A stretch of 41,781 bases of DNA from an uncultured Pseudomonadota bacterium (GTDB lineage: Bacteria; Myxococcota_A; Polyangia; Fen-1088). The DNA lies in contig CAWKBC010000009.1 of the NCBI GenBank assembly GCA_963847705.1, forward strand, positions 1-41,781, given 5' to 3'. The notes under the pieces are model-generated. The model ran no database searches. It was not told the origin of the DNA and saw only the letters and a program-made list of their open reading frames with translations. A program made the translations under genes and the position numbers. Position 1 is the first letter of the stretch; each line of letters starts with the position of its first letter. Positions 1-9,515 of the stretch are shown here, in pieces.

Positions 1-257
1 ACGAGCTGCAGCGCAAGGGCAAGGTGAGCCCGCTGTCGTTCTATGAGGTCGAGCTCTTGCGTCTGCTCTGGGAGCGGTCGGGTCAACCGGTCACGCGCGA
101 GGAGATCCTGGAGAAGATCTGGGGCGTCTCCGGCCACGCCACCACCCGCAGCGTCGACAACTTCGTGGTCAAGCTGCGCAAGAAGATCGAAGAGAACGCC
201 GCCAAGCCGCGCCACATCGTCACCATCTACGGCACCGGCTACAAGCTGGTCCCCTGA
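1..257 (+). CDS. OmpR/PhoB-family response regulator, C-terminal winged-helix domain (5'-truncated by the window edge)
   Basis: Open frame from base 3 to TGA at 255-257. Motifs [28 protein letters not shown] and [10 protein letters not shown] are typical of Trans_reg_C. Confidence 0.9.
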   Translation, partial: ELQRKGKVSPLSFYEVELLRLLWERSGQPVTREEILEKIWGVSGHATTRSVDNFVVKLRKKIEENAAKPRHIVTIYGTGYKLVP

Positions 258-261
258 GACG

Positions 262-1959
262 ATGGCCTCCGATGACCTCCCCGACGACCCGATGACGCGA
301 CGGCCGAGGACGCCTCGCCGGCGCCTCCCGGGGCGTCGCCATCTGCTGCCGCGCCGCGATTTCTTGCTCGCCGGCGCGGGTGCCCTCGGGCTCGCGGCGC
401 TGGGCGGCAGGGCCAGGGCCGCAGCGCCGTTGCTGGCCTCGCCCGCGCCGCCGCCGCCCGTGCCCCCGGCGCTGCCGACGTTGCCGCCGGTGGCGGTCGA
501 CGTCCACTGCCACACGTTCTGCTCGGCCGATCTGCCGATCGTGGGGTTCGTCGCGCACTTCATCCCCGGGCTGACCGAGCTGTCGCGCTTCGTGAGCCAC
601 TGGCCCGAGATGGTGGTGCGCGCCTTGGTGGGCGCGGTGGCGACCCTGCCGAACGCCGTCGCACCGACCGGCGAGGCCGAGCTGGCCAGGCTGCGGGCGG
701 CCCTGGCGAATCCTGCGGCCGGAGCGCTCGCCGCGGTCCCCACGCTCCCCCCCGAGCTGCTGGAGTCCTTGCTCGCCGAGCTGACCGCGCACCTCCCTTT
801 TTCGGTGGGCGCCGACAAGCGGCGCATCATCGTCCGCTACCTGGAGACGCTCTACCTGGTGGCGCACCCGCGCGCCGCGATCGCCGCCTCCATCGCCCAG
901 CTCTTTCCCACGATCGCCCTGTTCACGCCGGCGCTGGTCGACTACGACGCCTGGTCGGAGGACCGCGCGCCAACGCCGCTCTGGCAGCAGGTGCTGCTGC
1001 AGGAGTCGATCTCGCGGCTCTCGGTGGCGGGGCGAATCGGGCGATCCGACGCGCGTTTTCACCCCTTCGTGGCGTTCGATCCGCGCCGCCAGATCGAAGG
1101 TCCGCAGGCCGCCCTGCCCAAGCCAGCCGCGCCGGTGGCCGGCGTCGCACCGGTGACGGCGCCGGCGCTGTCGGTGGCGCTCCCTTCGGCGGCCAGCTCG
1201 GCGCTCGAGCTGGTGCGCTACGCCATCGAGGCCGGCGGCTTCCTGGGGGTCAAGCTCTACCCGCCGGTGGGCTTCGCGCCCTGGGACAACGTCCATCTCC
1301 GCAGCGATCTCTCCTTCGCCGCCGGGCTCGACGGTGCGCTCGATGCCCTTTACGGCTACTGCGCCGTCGCCGAGGCGCCCATCCTCACGCACACCAGCGC
1401 CGCCAACGAATATGGTCTTGGCCTCCATCGGCTGGTCTCGCCCGAGCTCTGGCGCCCGGCGCTGGAGCGACACCCGACGCTTCGCCTCAACTTCGGCCAT
1501 TTCGGCCACGACTACGGCGTCCCTCAGACCGACGGGCCGGTCAGGATCGCCGACGCCTGGATCTACCAGGCCGCCGCGCTGATCGACCGCTTCCCCAACG
1601 TCTACGCGGATCTCTCCAACTCGCCGCTGGTCTACGACCCGGCCTATGGCAGGCGGCTCGCCGCGCTGCTCGCCGACGTGATGGCCCGCTATCCGAAGGT
1701 CAAACGGCGCCTGATGTACGGCAGCGACTGGTGGCTCTCCGGCCTCGACCCCGACGCGGGCGCGGCGGTCGCTCAGTTCCGGGCCACGCTCGGCGGCCTC
1801 CTCGGCCCCGACGGCCTGGCCGACCTGATGGGGCGCAACGCGCTCCGTTTCCTCGGATTCCTCGACGACGACGGCCGTCCGCGCGCCGGTGCCTCGGCGG
1901 CACGCCTCCGTCGGTTCTACGCCGGCGCGCCCGCGCCAGCCTGGTTGCCACCTGCTTAG
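262..1959 (+). CDS. Tat-exported amidohydrolase-family (TIM-barrel metallohydrolase) protein
   Basis: Twin-arginine signal PRRDFLLAGAGALGLAALGGRARA. Metal/fold motifs DVHCH, GFLGVKLYPP, NFGHFG, VYADLS and MYGSDW. Start is ATG 262 or 292; the ORF-track start at 43 overlaps the regulator. Confidence 0.8.
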   Translation: MASDDLPDDPMTRRPRTPRRRLPGRRHLLPRRDFLLAGAGALGLAALGGRARAAAPLLASPAPPPPVPPALPTLPPVAVDVHCHTFCSADLPIVGFVAHFIPGLTELSRFVSHWPEMVVRALVGAVATLPNAVAPTGEAELARLRAALANPAAGALAAVPTLPPELLESLLAELTAHLPFSVGADKRRIIVRYLETLYLVAHPRAAIAASIAQLFPTIALFTPALVDYDAWSEDRAPTPLWQQVLLQESISRLSVAGRIGRSDARFHPFVAFDPRRQIEGPQAALPKPAAPVAGVAPVTAPALSVALPSAASSALELVRYAIEAGGFLGVKLYPPVGFAPWDNVHLRSDLSFAAGLDGALDALYGYCAVAEAPILTHTSAANEYGLGLHRLVSPELWRPALERHPTLRLNFGHFGHDYGVPQTDGPVRIADAWIYQAAALIDRFPNVYADLSNSPLVYDPAYGRRLAALLADVMARYPKVKRRLMYGSDWWLSGLDPDAGAAVAQFRATLGGLLGPDGLADLMGRNALRFLGFLDDDGRPRAGASAARLRRFYAGAPAPAWLPPA

Positions 1960-2055
1960 CCGCCTTGATTCCATCGCCCCGGAGGCCTCCGGCCCGCCGC
2001 CCAGGGGGGTGGGCTCTGGCTCAAGCAGCGGGCTGAATGTGCCGAATGGGCCTCC

Positions 2056-3360
2056 ATGGCGATCGCCTGGGGAAGCGACCGTCGTGTCTTCAACCCGGGA
2101 GGCGCGGCGCCACAGCGCGCGCTCGGCTCGAGCCGGCGCGTCGCCCGCAGACCTTCCCCGGCCGAGGCGCGCGCTCAGGCTTCCCTGCTGCCGCCATCCC
2201 GGAGCCGCGAGCGCTGCGTCTCGATGACCACCGAGCGGGCGTTCTATCGGTTGGAGGCGGCCTGGCGGGAGCTCTACGCCCGGGCGTCGGACGCATCGCC
2301 GTTCCGAAGCTGGGACTTCACCGTCGAGTGGTACCGGCAATTCGTCCTCGGACGGGTGGGCGGCGCCACCGGGCGCTTCGAGATCGTGATCGCCAAGGAT
2401 CAACATGGCAGGCTGATCGGCGCGGTTCCCATGTTCGAGGAGCGCGCTCTCGGCGCAGCGGCCTTCGGGTCGATCCTGCAGCCGTTCGGGCGCGGCCAAT
2501 CCTTCGAGACCATGACGGATGAGCCCATCTGCCTGCTCCGGCGAGGATGCGAGGAGGAGGGCGCCCGGGCGCTCACGGACCATGTGGCCCGCCGCCTGAG
2601 GTCGGGCGGATGGGATCTCGCCGTCGTCTCGGGTCTCCCGCACAGAGGTTTGAAAGGGCGCCGTTCGCTGGTCTGGTCGCGTCCGTTCGAGAGCGTGGAG
2701 CTGACCCGGCCGACCAGCGGAGCGATCTTGCTGCCGCTGCCTCGGTCCTGGGAGGCGTTCACCTCCGGTCTCTCGAAGTCGATGCGAGACAACATCGCCT
2801 ACTACCCGCGGCGGCTCAGTCGGGAGATCGGGGACTGGACGATCAAGACGGCGCGCACGCCCGAGGCGATCGCCGTGGCCTCCGAACAGCTCATCGACCT
2901 GCACCGACGTCGCAGTCGATCGGGCACCGGAATCAGTCACCGAAACCACATTCCCGGCCCGACGGAGGAGGGGTTTCTTCGCGGATGGTTCGGGCGCGCC
3001 GCGGCCCGAGACGAGATCTCCATCGTCAGCATCGAGATCGCCGGCGAGGTGATCGCCGCTCAGGCCTTCGTGGAAATGCCCGGCTGCGTCTCGGTCTACT
3101 ACTCCGGTTACGACGACCGGTACTACCGTTACAGCCCGCTCACGATCATCACCGCGCACCGGATTCGTTCCGCCATCGAGCAGGGCGTGCAGCGGTTCGA
3201 TTTCCCGCCGGGGCCGACCGCCTGGAAGTCCCGCTGGGGTGCCGAAGGTGGCACTCTGCATGACGAGGCTTCGATCTACGCCACCCGCCTTCCCGCCCTG
3301 CTGCGCGGGCTCTCCCGCCGCCTGCACCTGCGATTCGGCGGCGGTCGGTCGAGCATCTAG
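2056..3360 (+). CDS. GNAT-family N-acetyltransferase (CelD/BcsL-like, Acetyltransf_6)
   Basis: AAWRELY..SPFRSWDFTVEW, LPRSWEAFTSGLSKSMRDNI, YYSGYDDRYYRYSP and FDFPPGPTAWKSRW match this family. Start is uncertain (2056 or 2224). Confidence 0.75.
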   Translation: MAIAWGSDRRVFNPGGAAPQRALGSSRRVARRPSPAEARAQASLLPPSRSRERCVSMTTERAFYRLEAAWRELYARASDASPFRSWDFTVEWYRQFVLGRVGGATGRFEIVIAKDQHGRLIGAVPMFEERALGAAAFGSILQPFGRGQSFETMTDEPICLLRRGCEEEGARALTDHVARRLRSGGWDLAVVSGLPHRGLKGRRSLVWSRPFESVELTRPTSGAILLPLPRSWEAFTSGLSKSMRDNIAYYPRRLSREIGDWTIKTARTPEAIAVASEQLIDLHRRRSRSGTGISHRNHIPGPTEEGFLRGWFGRAAARDEISIVSIEIAGEVIAAQAFVEMPGCVSVYYSGYDDRYYRYSPLTIITAHRIRSAIEQGVQRFDFPPGPTAWKSRWGAEGGTLHDEASIYATRLPALLRGLSRRLHLRFGGGRSSI

Positions 3361-3365
3361 TAGTT

Positions 3366-3436
3366 CGGGACCCTCGAAGGGTCCCGCGCCCCCCCGCGAC
3401 GAGGTCGGCCGAGCCAAGCTCGTCCGCCCTCACGCG
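3366..3436 (+). repeat. REP-like two-hairpin intergenic element, copy 1
   Basis: CGGGACCCT-CGA-AGGGTCCCG hairpin, a C-run, then a CGAGC-CAA-GCTCG hairpin. Homologous to 33765-33834 and 41576-41647. Confidence 0.8.
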
Positions 3437-3484
3437 GAACTGGGCTTGGCCGCGTCCGCCTGGTCCATGTTATGAACCCGGCGC

Positions 3485-4942
3485 ATGTCGCCCCCCGTCC
3501 GAGTCCGCATCGCGCCGTCGCCCACCGGCGATCCGCACGTCGGAACTGCCTACATCGCGCTTTTCAATTACGCCTTCGCCAAGAAGCACGGCGGGACGTT
3601 CGTGCTCCGGATCGAGGACACCGACCGCGCGCGCTCGACGGCGGCCTCGGAGGCGGCCATCTTGCGCGCGCTCGGCTGGGTGGGGCTGGCCTGGGACGAG
3701 GGGCCCGACATCGGCGGTCCGTTCGGCCCCTACCGGCAGTCGGAGCGGGCCGAGATCTACGCCGCGCACGCGGCCCAGCTGATCGCCAGCGGCGGCGCCT
3801 ACCGCTGCTTCTGCACGGCGGAGCGGCTGGAGGCCGTGCGCCACGAGCAGCGGCGGCAGGGGCTCTTCGTCGGCTACGACGGCCTGTGCCGAGGGCGCCC
3901 GCGCGAAGAGGGCGAGCGGCGGGCGGCGGCCGGCGAGCCGTTCGTGGTGCGGATGGCGATGCCCCGCACGGGCGAGACGGTGTTCGTCGACAAGCTGCGC
4001 GGCGAGGTGAAGTTCGACAACGCGCAGATCGACGACCAGATCCTGCTCAAGACCGACGGCTTTCCGACCTACCACCTGGCCAACGTGGTCGACGATCACC
4101 TGATGCAGATCACCCACGTGATCCGCGCGGAGGAGTGGCTCTCCTCGACGCCCAAGCACGTGGTCCTCTACCAATCGTTCGGCTGGGAGGCACCCGAGTG
4201 GGTGCACATGCCGCTCCTGCGCAACGCCGACAAGTCGAAGATCTCCAAGCGCAAGAACCCGGTCTCCCTCGACTACTACCAGGACGCCGGGTTCCTGCCC
4301 GAGGCGCTGCTCAACTACCTCGGCACGATGGGCTGGTCGATCTCGGGCGATCGCGAGAAGTTCACGCTCGACGAGATGGTGGAGGCGTTCGACTTCGGCC
4401 GCGTCAGCCTGGGCGGGCCGGTGTTCGATCTGGTGAAGCTGTCGGCGATGAACGCCGACTATCTGCGCGCGCTGCCCGACGCCGAGATCGTGCGCCGGCT
4501 GCGGGCCTGGCGCCTCTCGGACGAGAAGCTGGTCTCGCTGGTGCCTCTCGTCCGTGAGCGGATTCAGCGCCTCGACGAGTTCGTCCCGCTCACCGACTTC
4601 TTCTTCTCGGGCGACGTCGACTACGCCCCGGTGCAGAAGGAGCTGGCGCTCAAGAACCGGACACCCAAGGACGTGATGGACGCGCTCACCGCCTTCGGCG
4701 AGGAGCTGGACGCCGCGCGCGACTTCTCGGTCGCCGGCCTCGACGCGCTGGCGCGCGCCTTCGCCGAGAAGTCGGGGTGGTCGAGCAAGGAGCTCTTCAT
4801 GCTCTTGCGGCTGGCCGCCACCGGCAAGAAGGCGACCCCGCCGCTGTTCGAGACGCTGGCCGGCCTCGGCCGGGAGCTGGTCCGGCGCCGCATCCGCCAA
4901 TGCATCGAGTACATCAAAAAGATGCCGGCCCCCAAGGCCTGA
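3485..4942 (+). CDS. gltX: glutamate--tRNA ligase
   Basis: [15 protein letters not shown] (HIGH motif), [30 protein letters not shown] (KMSKS motif) and a C-terminal anticodon-binding domain. Confidence 0.97.
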   Translation: MSPPVRVRIAPSPTGDPHVGTAYIALFNYAFAKKHGGTFVLRIEDTDRARSTAASEAAILRALGWVGLAWDEGPDIGGPFGPYRQSERAEIYAAHAAQLIASGGAYRCFCTAERLEAVRHEQRRQGLFVGYDGLCRGRPREEGERRAAAGEPFVVRMAMPRTGETVFVDKLRGEVKFDNAQIDDQILLKTDGFPTYHLANVVDDHLMQITHVIRAEEWLSSTPKHVVLYQSFGWEAPEWVHMPLLRNADKSKISKRKNPVSLDYYQDAGFLPEALLNYLGTMGWSISGDREKFTLDEMVEAFDFGRVSLGGPVFDLVKLSAMNADYLRALPDAEIVRRLRAWRLSDEKLVSLVPLVRERIQRLDEFVPLTDFFFSGDVDYAPVQKELALKNRTPKDVMDALTAFGEELDAARDFSVAGLDALARAFAEKSGWSSKELFMLLRLAATGKKATPPLFETLAGLGRELVRRRIRQCIEYIKKMPAPKA

Positions 4943-6165
4943 GCCGCCCTGGCGCCCAGGTCGACGTCTCGTCGGGGGCGCTGCGGGCCGGCGATCCGCT
5001 GGGCGTCTACGTTCATTTTCCGTTCTGCTCGGTCCGTTGCCCGTACTGCGACTTCGCGGTCGACACGCGCGCGGAGATCCCGCACGACGCTTACGCCGAC
5101 GCGGTGATCGCCGAGCTCGTGGCGCGGGCGCGCTGGTTCGAAGGCGCCGGTCCCCTGGTGTCGATCTACTTCGGCGGGGGCACGCCGGGCCTCTGGCGTT
5201 CCGAGGCACTGGGGCGGGTGATCGCGGCCGCCCGCGGCGCGTTCGGGGCGCCTCCGGCCGCCGACCTCGAGATCACCGTCGAGGTGAACCCGGGGGAGAC
5301 CGACGCCGCACAGCTGCGGGCGCTGCGCGGGGAGGGCGTCAACCGGCTCTCGATCGGAGTCCAGGCGCTCGAAGACCGGCTGCTGGTGGCGCTCGGGCGC
5401 AATCACGACGCGGCCGCCGGTCCGGCCGCCGTCGCCGCGGCGCGCGCGGCCGGCTTCGAGGACGTCTCGATCGATCTCATCTTCGGCGTCCCGGGCCAGT
5501 CGCTCGACGACTGGCGCCGCGCCGTCGACGCCGCCCTCGCGCTCGCCCCCACCCACCTCTCGGCCTATGCGCTCACCATCGAGCGGGGGACCGTGTTCGG
5601 CGCCCGCGAGCGGGCCGGTGAGCTGCCGCGCCCCGACGACGAAGCGGTGGCGGCGATGTTCGAGCATGCGCGCGCGGCGTTCGCTGCCGCGGGTCTCGAG
5701 CCGTACGAGGTGTCGAGCTACGCGCGGCCCGGCCGCCGCGCCCGCCACAACCAGCTCTACTGGTCGCTGGCGCCGTACCTCGGCGTGGGGGCGTCGGCCG
5801 CTTCGTTCCGGCCGCTGGCCGACGGCGGGGGCTGGCGCTTCTCGAACCCGCGCGCCACCGACGTCTACCTGACCGCGGCCCGGGCGGGGGCCGGCAGCCC
5901 GGCCGCCCGGCACGTCGAGCGGCGGACCGCCGCCGAGCTCGAGAACGAGGCGGTCTGGCTGGGCCTGCGCACCAGCGATGGGATCGACCGCGCCGCGCAC
6001 CAGGCGCGCCATGGGCGCGATCCGCTGGCCGGGCGCGAGACGGCCGTCGCCTGGGCGATCGCCGCTGGCTGGCTGCTGATCGACCAGGCCCGCGTTCGAT
6101 TGACGCCTGCCGGCGTGCTGTTTGCCGACGAGATCGCCGGCCGATTTTGGCGCGAGGAGCGCTGA
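4900..6165 (+). CDS. hemW: radical SAM heme chaperone HemW (HemN-like)
   Basis: [18 protein letters not shown] (CxxxCxxC), [25 protein letters not shown] and HNQLYW. Start is uncertain: ATG 4900 inside gltX, or CTG 4939 overlapping the gltX stop. Confidence 0.9.
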   Translation: MHRVHQKDAGPQGLSRPGAQVDVSSGALRAGDPLGVYVHFPFCSVRCPYCDFAVDTRAEIPHDAYADAVIAELVARARWFEGAGPLVSIYFGGGTPGLWRSEALGRVIAAARGAFGAPPAADLEITVEVNPGETDAAQLRALRGEGVNRLSIGVQALEDRLLVALGRNHDAAAGPAAVAAARAAGFEDVSIDLIFGVPGQSLDDWRRAVDAALALAPTHLSAYALTIERGTVFGARERAGELPRPDDEAVAAMFEHARAAFAAAGLEPYEVSSYARPGRRARHNQLYWSLAPYLGVGASAASFRPLADGGGWRFSNPRATDVYLTAARAGAGSPAARHVERRTAAELENEAVWLGLRTSDGIDRAAHQARHGRDPLAGRETAVAWAIAAGWLLIDQARVRLTPAGVLFADEIAGRFWREER

Positions 6166-6187
6166 TGTTGGTGCATAGTCCGAAAAA

Positions 6188-6763
6188 ATGAAATTCGCCG
6201 TTCGAGGGATGGGGGGCCTGGGGGGGGTGGCGCTGTTGCTGGCCGGTCTCTCCGCCTGCGGAAGCAGCTCGACGAAGTGCACGTCGCATTGCAACGGTGA
6301 CGCGTCGGTCGATGCCTTCACGCCGGGCGACCACCCTGTCGATACCGACGGTGCGGGATCGCGGGACGCCCTGGGCGACGCCAAAGATCCGAAGGGTCCC
6401 ATCGACGGAGCTGTCGCCTGCGATCAGTCGATCACCACGGCCTGTGCGTCGACGGCCGACGCGGGCGCCTTCGCGTTCCACTGCGCGGCGACCTGGGCCG
6501 CCACCACCAGCAACGCTTACCTCTGCGGCCGCCCGGAGGTGCTGAGCTACACCTGCGGGGCCGAGCACGAGCTCATCGACACGAGCAACGACGGGACGGC
6601 GGAATACATTTACGTCTTCGACAGCGCCGGGAAGCTCTACGCGATCAGCTACAGCACCGGTGCGACCAGCCACTGCATCGCCGGCCCGGAGGCGTTCGTC
6701 GCGCCGATCTGCAGCTCGCCAGCGGAGCTTTTCACCTGTCACCCAGACGGCAGCGCGCGCTGA
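6188..6763 (+). CDS. hypothetical Cys-rich lipoprotein
   Basis: Hydrophobic signal with lipobox LSAC, 10 further Cys, and coding-like codon pattern. Confidence 0.7.
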   Translation: MKFAVRGMGGLGGVALLLAGLSACGSSSTKCTSHCNGDASVDAFTPGDHPVDTDGAGSRDALGDAKDPKGPIDGAVACDQSITTACASTADAGAFAFHCAATWAATTSNAYLCGRPEVLSYTCGAEHELIDTSNDGTAEYIYVFDSAGKLYAISYSTGATSHCIAGPEAFVAPICSSPAELFTCHPDGSAR

Positions 6764-6778
6764 CGGCGGCCCGATCGT

Positions 6779-7621
6779 CTACGGCGCCGGGGCGTCGATC
6801 TCCGCGACGGCGGCCACCGCGCGCGTCTTCTCCGACTGAACGAACGCGACCAGCGCCGTGTTTCGCCAGGCGAGGTCGGCCGGCTTTCGCAGGGTGAGGA
6901 CCACCTCCGCGCCGCCGTTCGGCGGCAGCGGGAGGCGCGGCGACAGCGTCCGCACGATCGACGCCTCCTGCAGTGTCTCGCCGCTGTTCTCGCCCCGGTG
7001 CACCTGCGTCTGGGCGGTTTTCTGGACCAGCGCTCCGGTGAGGCGCCAATCCTCGGTGCGATCGAGCGCGTCGGCGCCGGCCACCCGCACCCGGACGGTG
7101 GCCACCTGTTGATCGCGGTCTGCGCCGGTTGCACCCGTTGCGACGGTCGCGTCGAGCGACAGCGTCGCGGTGGCGGCGTGGGGGCGGGCGGCGGCCGCGG
7201 CGATCTGGCGGAGCGCCACCTCGCTCTGCCCGCCCGGAAAGTGGACCTGACCGGCGACGATCATCTGCGGCGTGTAGACGCCCGAGATCGCCCGGTCACC
7301 GTCGGGCGCACGCAGACGGCCTGAATCGGCGTACCAACCTTGCCGGGCGGTGAAGCTCGGCGTCGCGAAGGGATCGGCCCACCCGAGGTGATCCCAGTAG
7401 TCGACGTGAAAGGTGAGGGCCACGACCTTGTCCCGTCCGAGCCCGCGCGCGGGAAGGTCGTGCACGAACCGATCGGCGGGCGGGCACGAGCTACAGCCCT
7501 GCGACGTGTAGAGCTCGACCAGCACGGGCCGCTCTGCCGCCGGAGGGGCGCCGCGCGCCGCCTGGGCACCGCCCAGCAGCGACAAGACGGCGATCCGCAT
7601 CACCTGCTTGACGTCGATCAT
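6779..7621 (-). CDS. DUF1223 thioredoxin-like secreted protein
   Basis: VLVELYTSQGCSSCPPAD, FHVDYWDHLGWADPF, VYTPQMIV and RGENSGETL. A signal peptide follows the ATG at 7621. Confidence 0.9.
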   Translation of the reverse strand: MIDVKQVMRIAVLSLLGGAQAARGAPPAAERPVLVELYTSQGCSSCPPADRFVHDLPARGLGRDKVVALTFHVDYWDHLGWADPFATPSFTARQGWYADSGRLRAPDGDRAISGVYTPQMIVAGQVHFPGGQSEVALRQIAAAAARPHAATATLSLDATVATGATGADRDQQVATVRVRVAGADALDRTEDWRLTGALVQKTAQTQVHRGENSGETLQEASIVRTLSPRLPLPPNGGAEVVLTLRKPADLAWRNTALVAFVQSEKTRAVAAVAEIDAPAP

Positions 7622-7706
7622 GGCTTCACCGGATTCACTACGCGCGCGCCGGCGTCCGGTTACGCCCGCCACTGGTGGTTCGCGCTATCATCCGGCCCCA
7701 AGGGCG

Positions 7707-9515
7707 ATGCCGGGAGGTTCCCAGGGACTCTGGTCGTTTCGGCGACGCCGGCCGTGGTGGACCATCGCGTGCTGCGTGGTCGCCTGCGCCCTGGGCGCCT
7801 CGGCCTGCGGCGGCGGTCAGCCGGCGGCGCGCGGCTTCGGATCGACCGAGCTCGAGCCGATCCGGGATTCCACCCTCTACCTCGAGGGTGAAAATGGTCC
7901 GGGCATCCTCGTCTACGGGACTGGCGGTCCCGGGGGCGTCCCTCAAAGCGGGACCTACTGGACGCTCGACCTGTCGACCGGCGCGGTCCAGAGCTACGGG
8001 TCCCAGGCGCCGCCGCCCCCGGCATCCTCCTCTTCGCCGCCGCCCCCGCCGTCGCCTTACTCCTGCGGCGTGGCCGTCGACGGAACCGGGACCATGTTGA
8101 CACTCCAGATCGTGGACAACGACACGGGCACGGAGACCGACATCGCCAACTTCGTCTCCTCTGCCCAGTGTCCCGGCGCGGATGGCATCCTGATCGCGTT
8201 CACCATCGACGCGAGCGGCAACACGGTGCTGTCGACCGGCCCGTTCACCGCGCTCGCACCGGTGCCTCTCGCCCTGCAGGTGAACGGCGTCGACTGGTGG
8301 AGCTACGATCCCGTCACCGGCCTCCCCACGGCGGTGACGGTGCAAGGTGCGTTGCCGTCGGCGCCGGACGAGCTCGGCGTTTACACCATCGATCTCTCCT
8401 CGTACGCGATCGCCCCTGACGTCCCGGCCATCCCGGCCAGCGTCGCCTGGGCCACCGGCGCGATGCCGGCCGGCTCGTTGCAATCGACCTCGGTGGAGGG
8501 CCCGGCGCTCTCGTTCGGCGACCACTACCTCTATCCGCGGAAGATGAGCGACGCCGGGACGACGATGTTCGCCGGGCCGTTCTCGTCAGGACCGGCGAGC
8601 GAGCTGGCGTTGTTTCAGGTTCCCCCGGGGACGCCGCTTCCGGGGGCCCAGGGGATCGGCTCCAGCGACTCCTCCGCAGGCTACTCTGTGACGTCGTCGC
8701 AGCTGATCGGCTGGCAGCTGAACGGCGTGGCGGGGGCCTCCAGCGATCTCATCGTCTGGGACGACGTCAACCAGCAGGTGACCGCCTGTCCGTCGTCGCC
8801 GCAGGCCCATCTGGCCGGGGTCCGCTCGTCCGACGGCAGCAAGGTCCTGTTCGTGACGCCGCAGTCGTGCTGCCAGTACCTGGGGTCGGGGCCGCTCAGC
8901 TTGCTGACGCTCGGGAACGGTCAGGGGAACACCGGCAGTTGCACGCAGCTCGCCGCCTCCGACGTGGTGACCGCCGCCTTTTCGCCGGACGGGAGCGCCA
9001 TGTTCTGGATGATCCAGCCGACCACCGGTGACACGCAACTGTGGGTCGCCGCAGGTGACGGCAGCGGCGCGCACATGATCGGGGCGGGCGTGTTGCAGAA
9101 CGTTCACTTCGTCGTTCCTGGAGAGGCCCAGCTGGAGCTGATCCTGAACGGCGATCTCGTCTGGCTCGACCTGCACGACAGCACCGTCCAGCTGCACTAC
9201 GTCGCCGAACAAGTCTTCGAGGAGATCTACGACATCGGGGTGGGCGGCTGGCTGATCACGGGCTACGACTACAGCACCCAGGCGGCCACGGCCACGGTGG
9301 GGCTCGTCAACCGCAACACGGGCGAGAAACGTCCGATCTCCCCTGACGTCTCGCAGTTCATCGTCCTCCTCGAGACGGCCGGCGCGGATGGGGGACTCTT
9401 CGCGGGCTCCTCCGGCGAGAGCGTGCTCGACGTGATCTACGTGGTGCGCGGTCGTAACCCCTCGCCGCAGGACGGGATCTGGTCGGCGACGATCACGACG
9501 GCCGACCTTCAGTGA
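7707..9515 (+). CDS. hypothetical lipoprotein, beta-rich (possible beta-propeller)
   Basis: RRRR plus hydrophobic stretch plus ASAC lipobox. SSDGSKVLF and FSPDGSAMFW are TolB/WD40-like blade motifs. The stop overlaps the next start (GTGA). Confidence 0.65.
   Translation: MPGGSQGLWSFRRRRPWWTIACCVVACALGASACGGGQPAARGFGSTELEPIRDSTLYLEGENGPGILVYGTGGPGGVPQSGTYWTLDLSTGAVQSYGSQAPPPPASSSSPPPPPSPYSCGVAVDGTGTMLTLQIVDNDTGTETDIANFVSSAQCPGADGILIAFTIDASGNTVLSTGPFTALAPVPLALQVNGVDWWSYDPVTGLPTAVTVQGALPSAPDELGVYTIDLSSYAIAPDVPAIPASVAWATGAMPAGSLQSTSVEGPALSFGDHYLYPRKMSDAGTTMFAGPFSSGPASELALFQVPPGTPLPGAQGIGSSDSSAGYSVTSSQLIGWQLNGVAGASSDLIVWDDVNQQVTACPSSPQAHLAGVRSSDGSKVLFVTPQSCCQYLGSGPLSLLTLGNGQGNTGSCTQLAASDVVTAAFSPDGSAMFWMIQPTTGDTQLWVAAGDGSGAHMIGAGVLQNVHFVVPGEAQLELILNGDLVWLDLHDSTVQLHYVAEQVFEEIYDIGVGGWLITGYDYSTQAATATVGLVNRNTGEKRPISPDVSQFIVLLETAGADGGLFAGSSGESVLDVIYVVRGRNPSPQDGIWSATITTADLQ

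Noticed and set aside
220-3417. 1065-aa minus-strand ORF, and similar long antisense ORFs (18151-20982, 35643-39908, 30829-32745)
   Set aside because: These are shadow ORFs opposite genes with clear family motifs, which is expected at very high GC. They contain no recognisable domains.
3485-4942. gltX as a dedicated partner of lanB
   Set aside because: It is 13 kb away, separated by unrelated genes, and looks like the ordinary housekeeping copy paired with hemW.
6188-6763. Cys/Ser/Thr-rich ORF as the LanA precursor
   Set aside because: It is 191 aa with a lipoprotein signal and lies 11 kb from lanB. There is no leader/core layout and no LanC to form thioethers.
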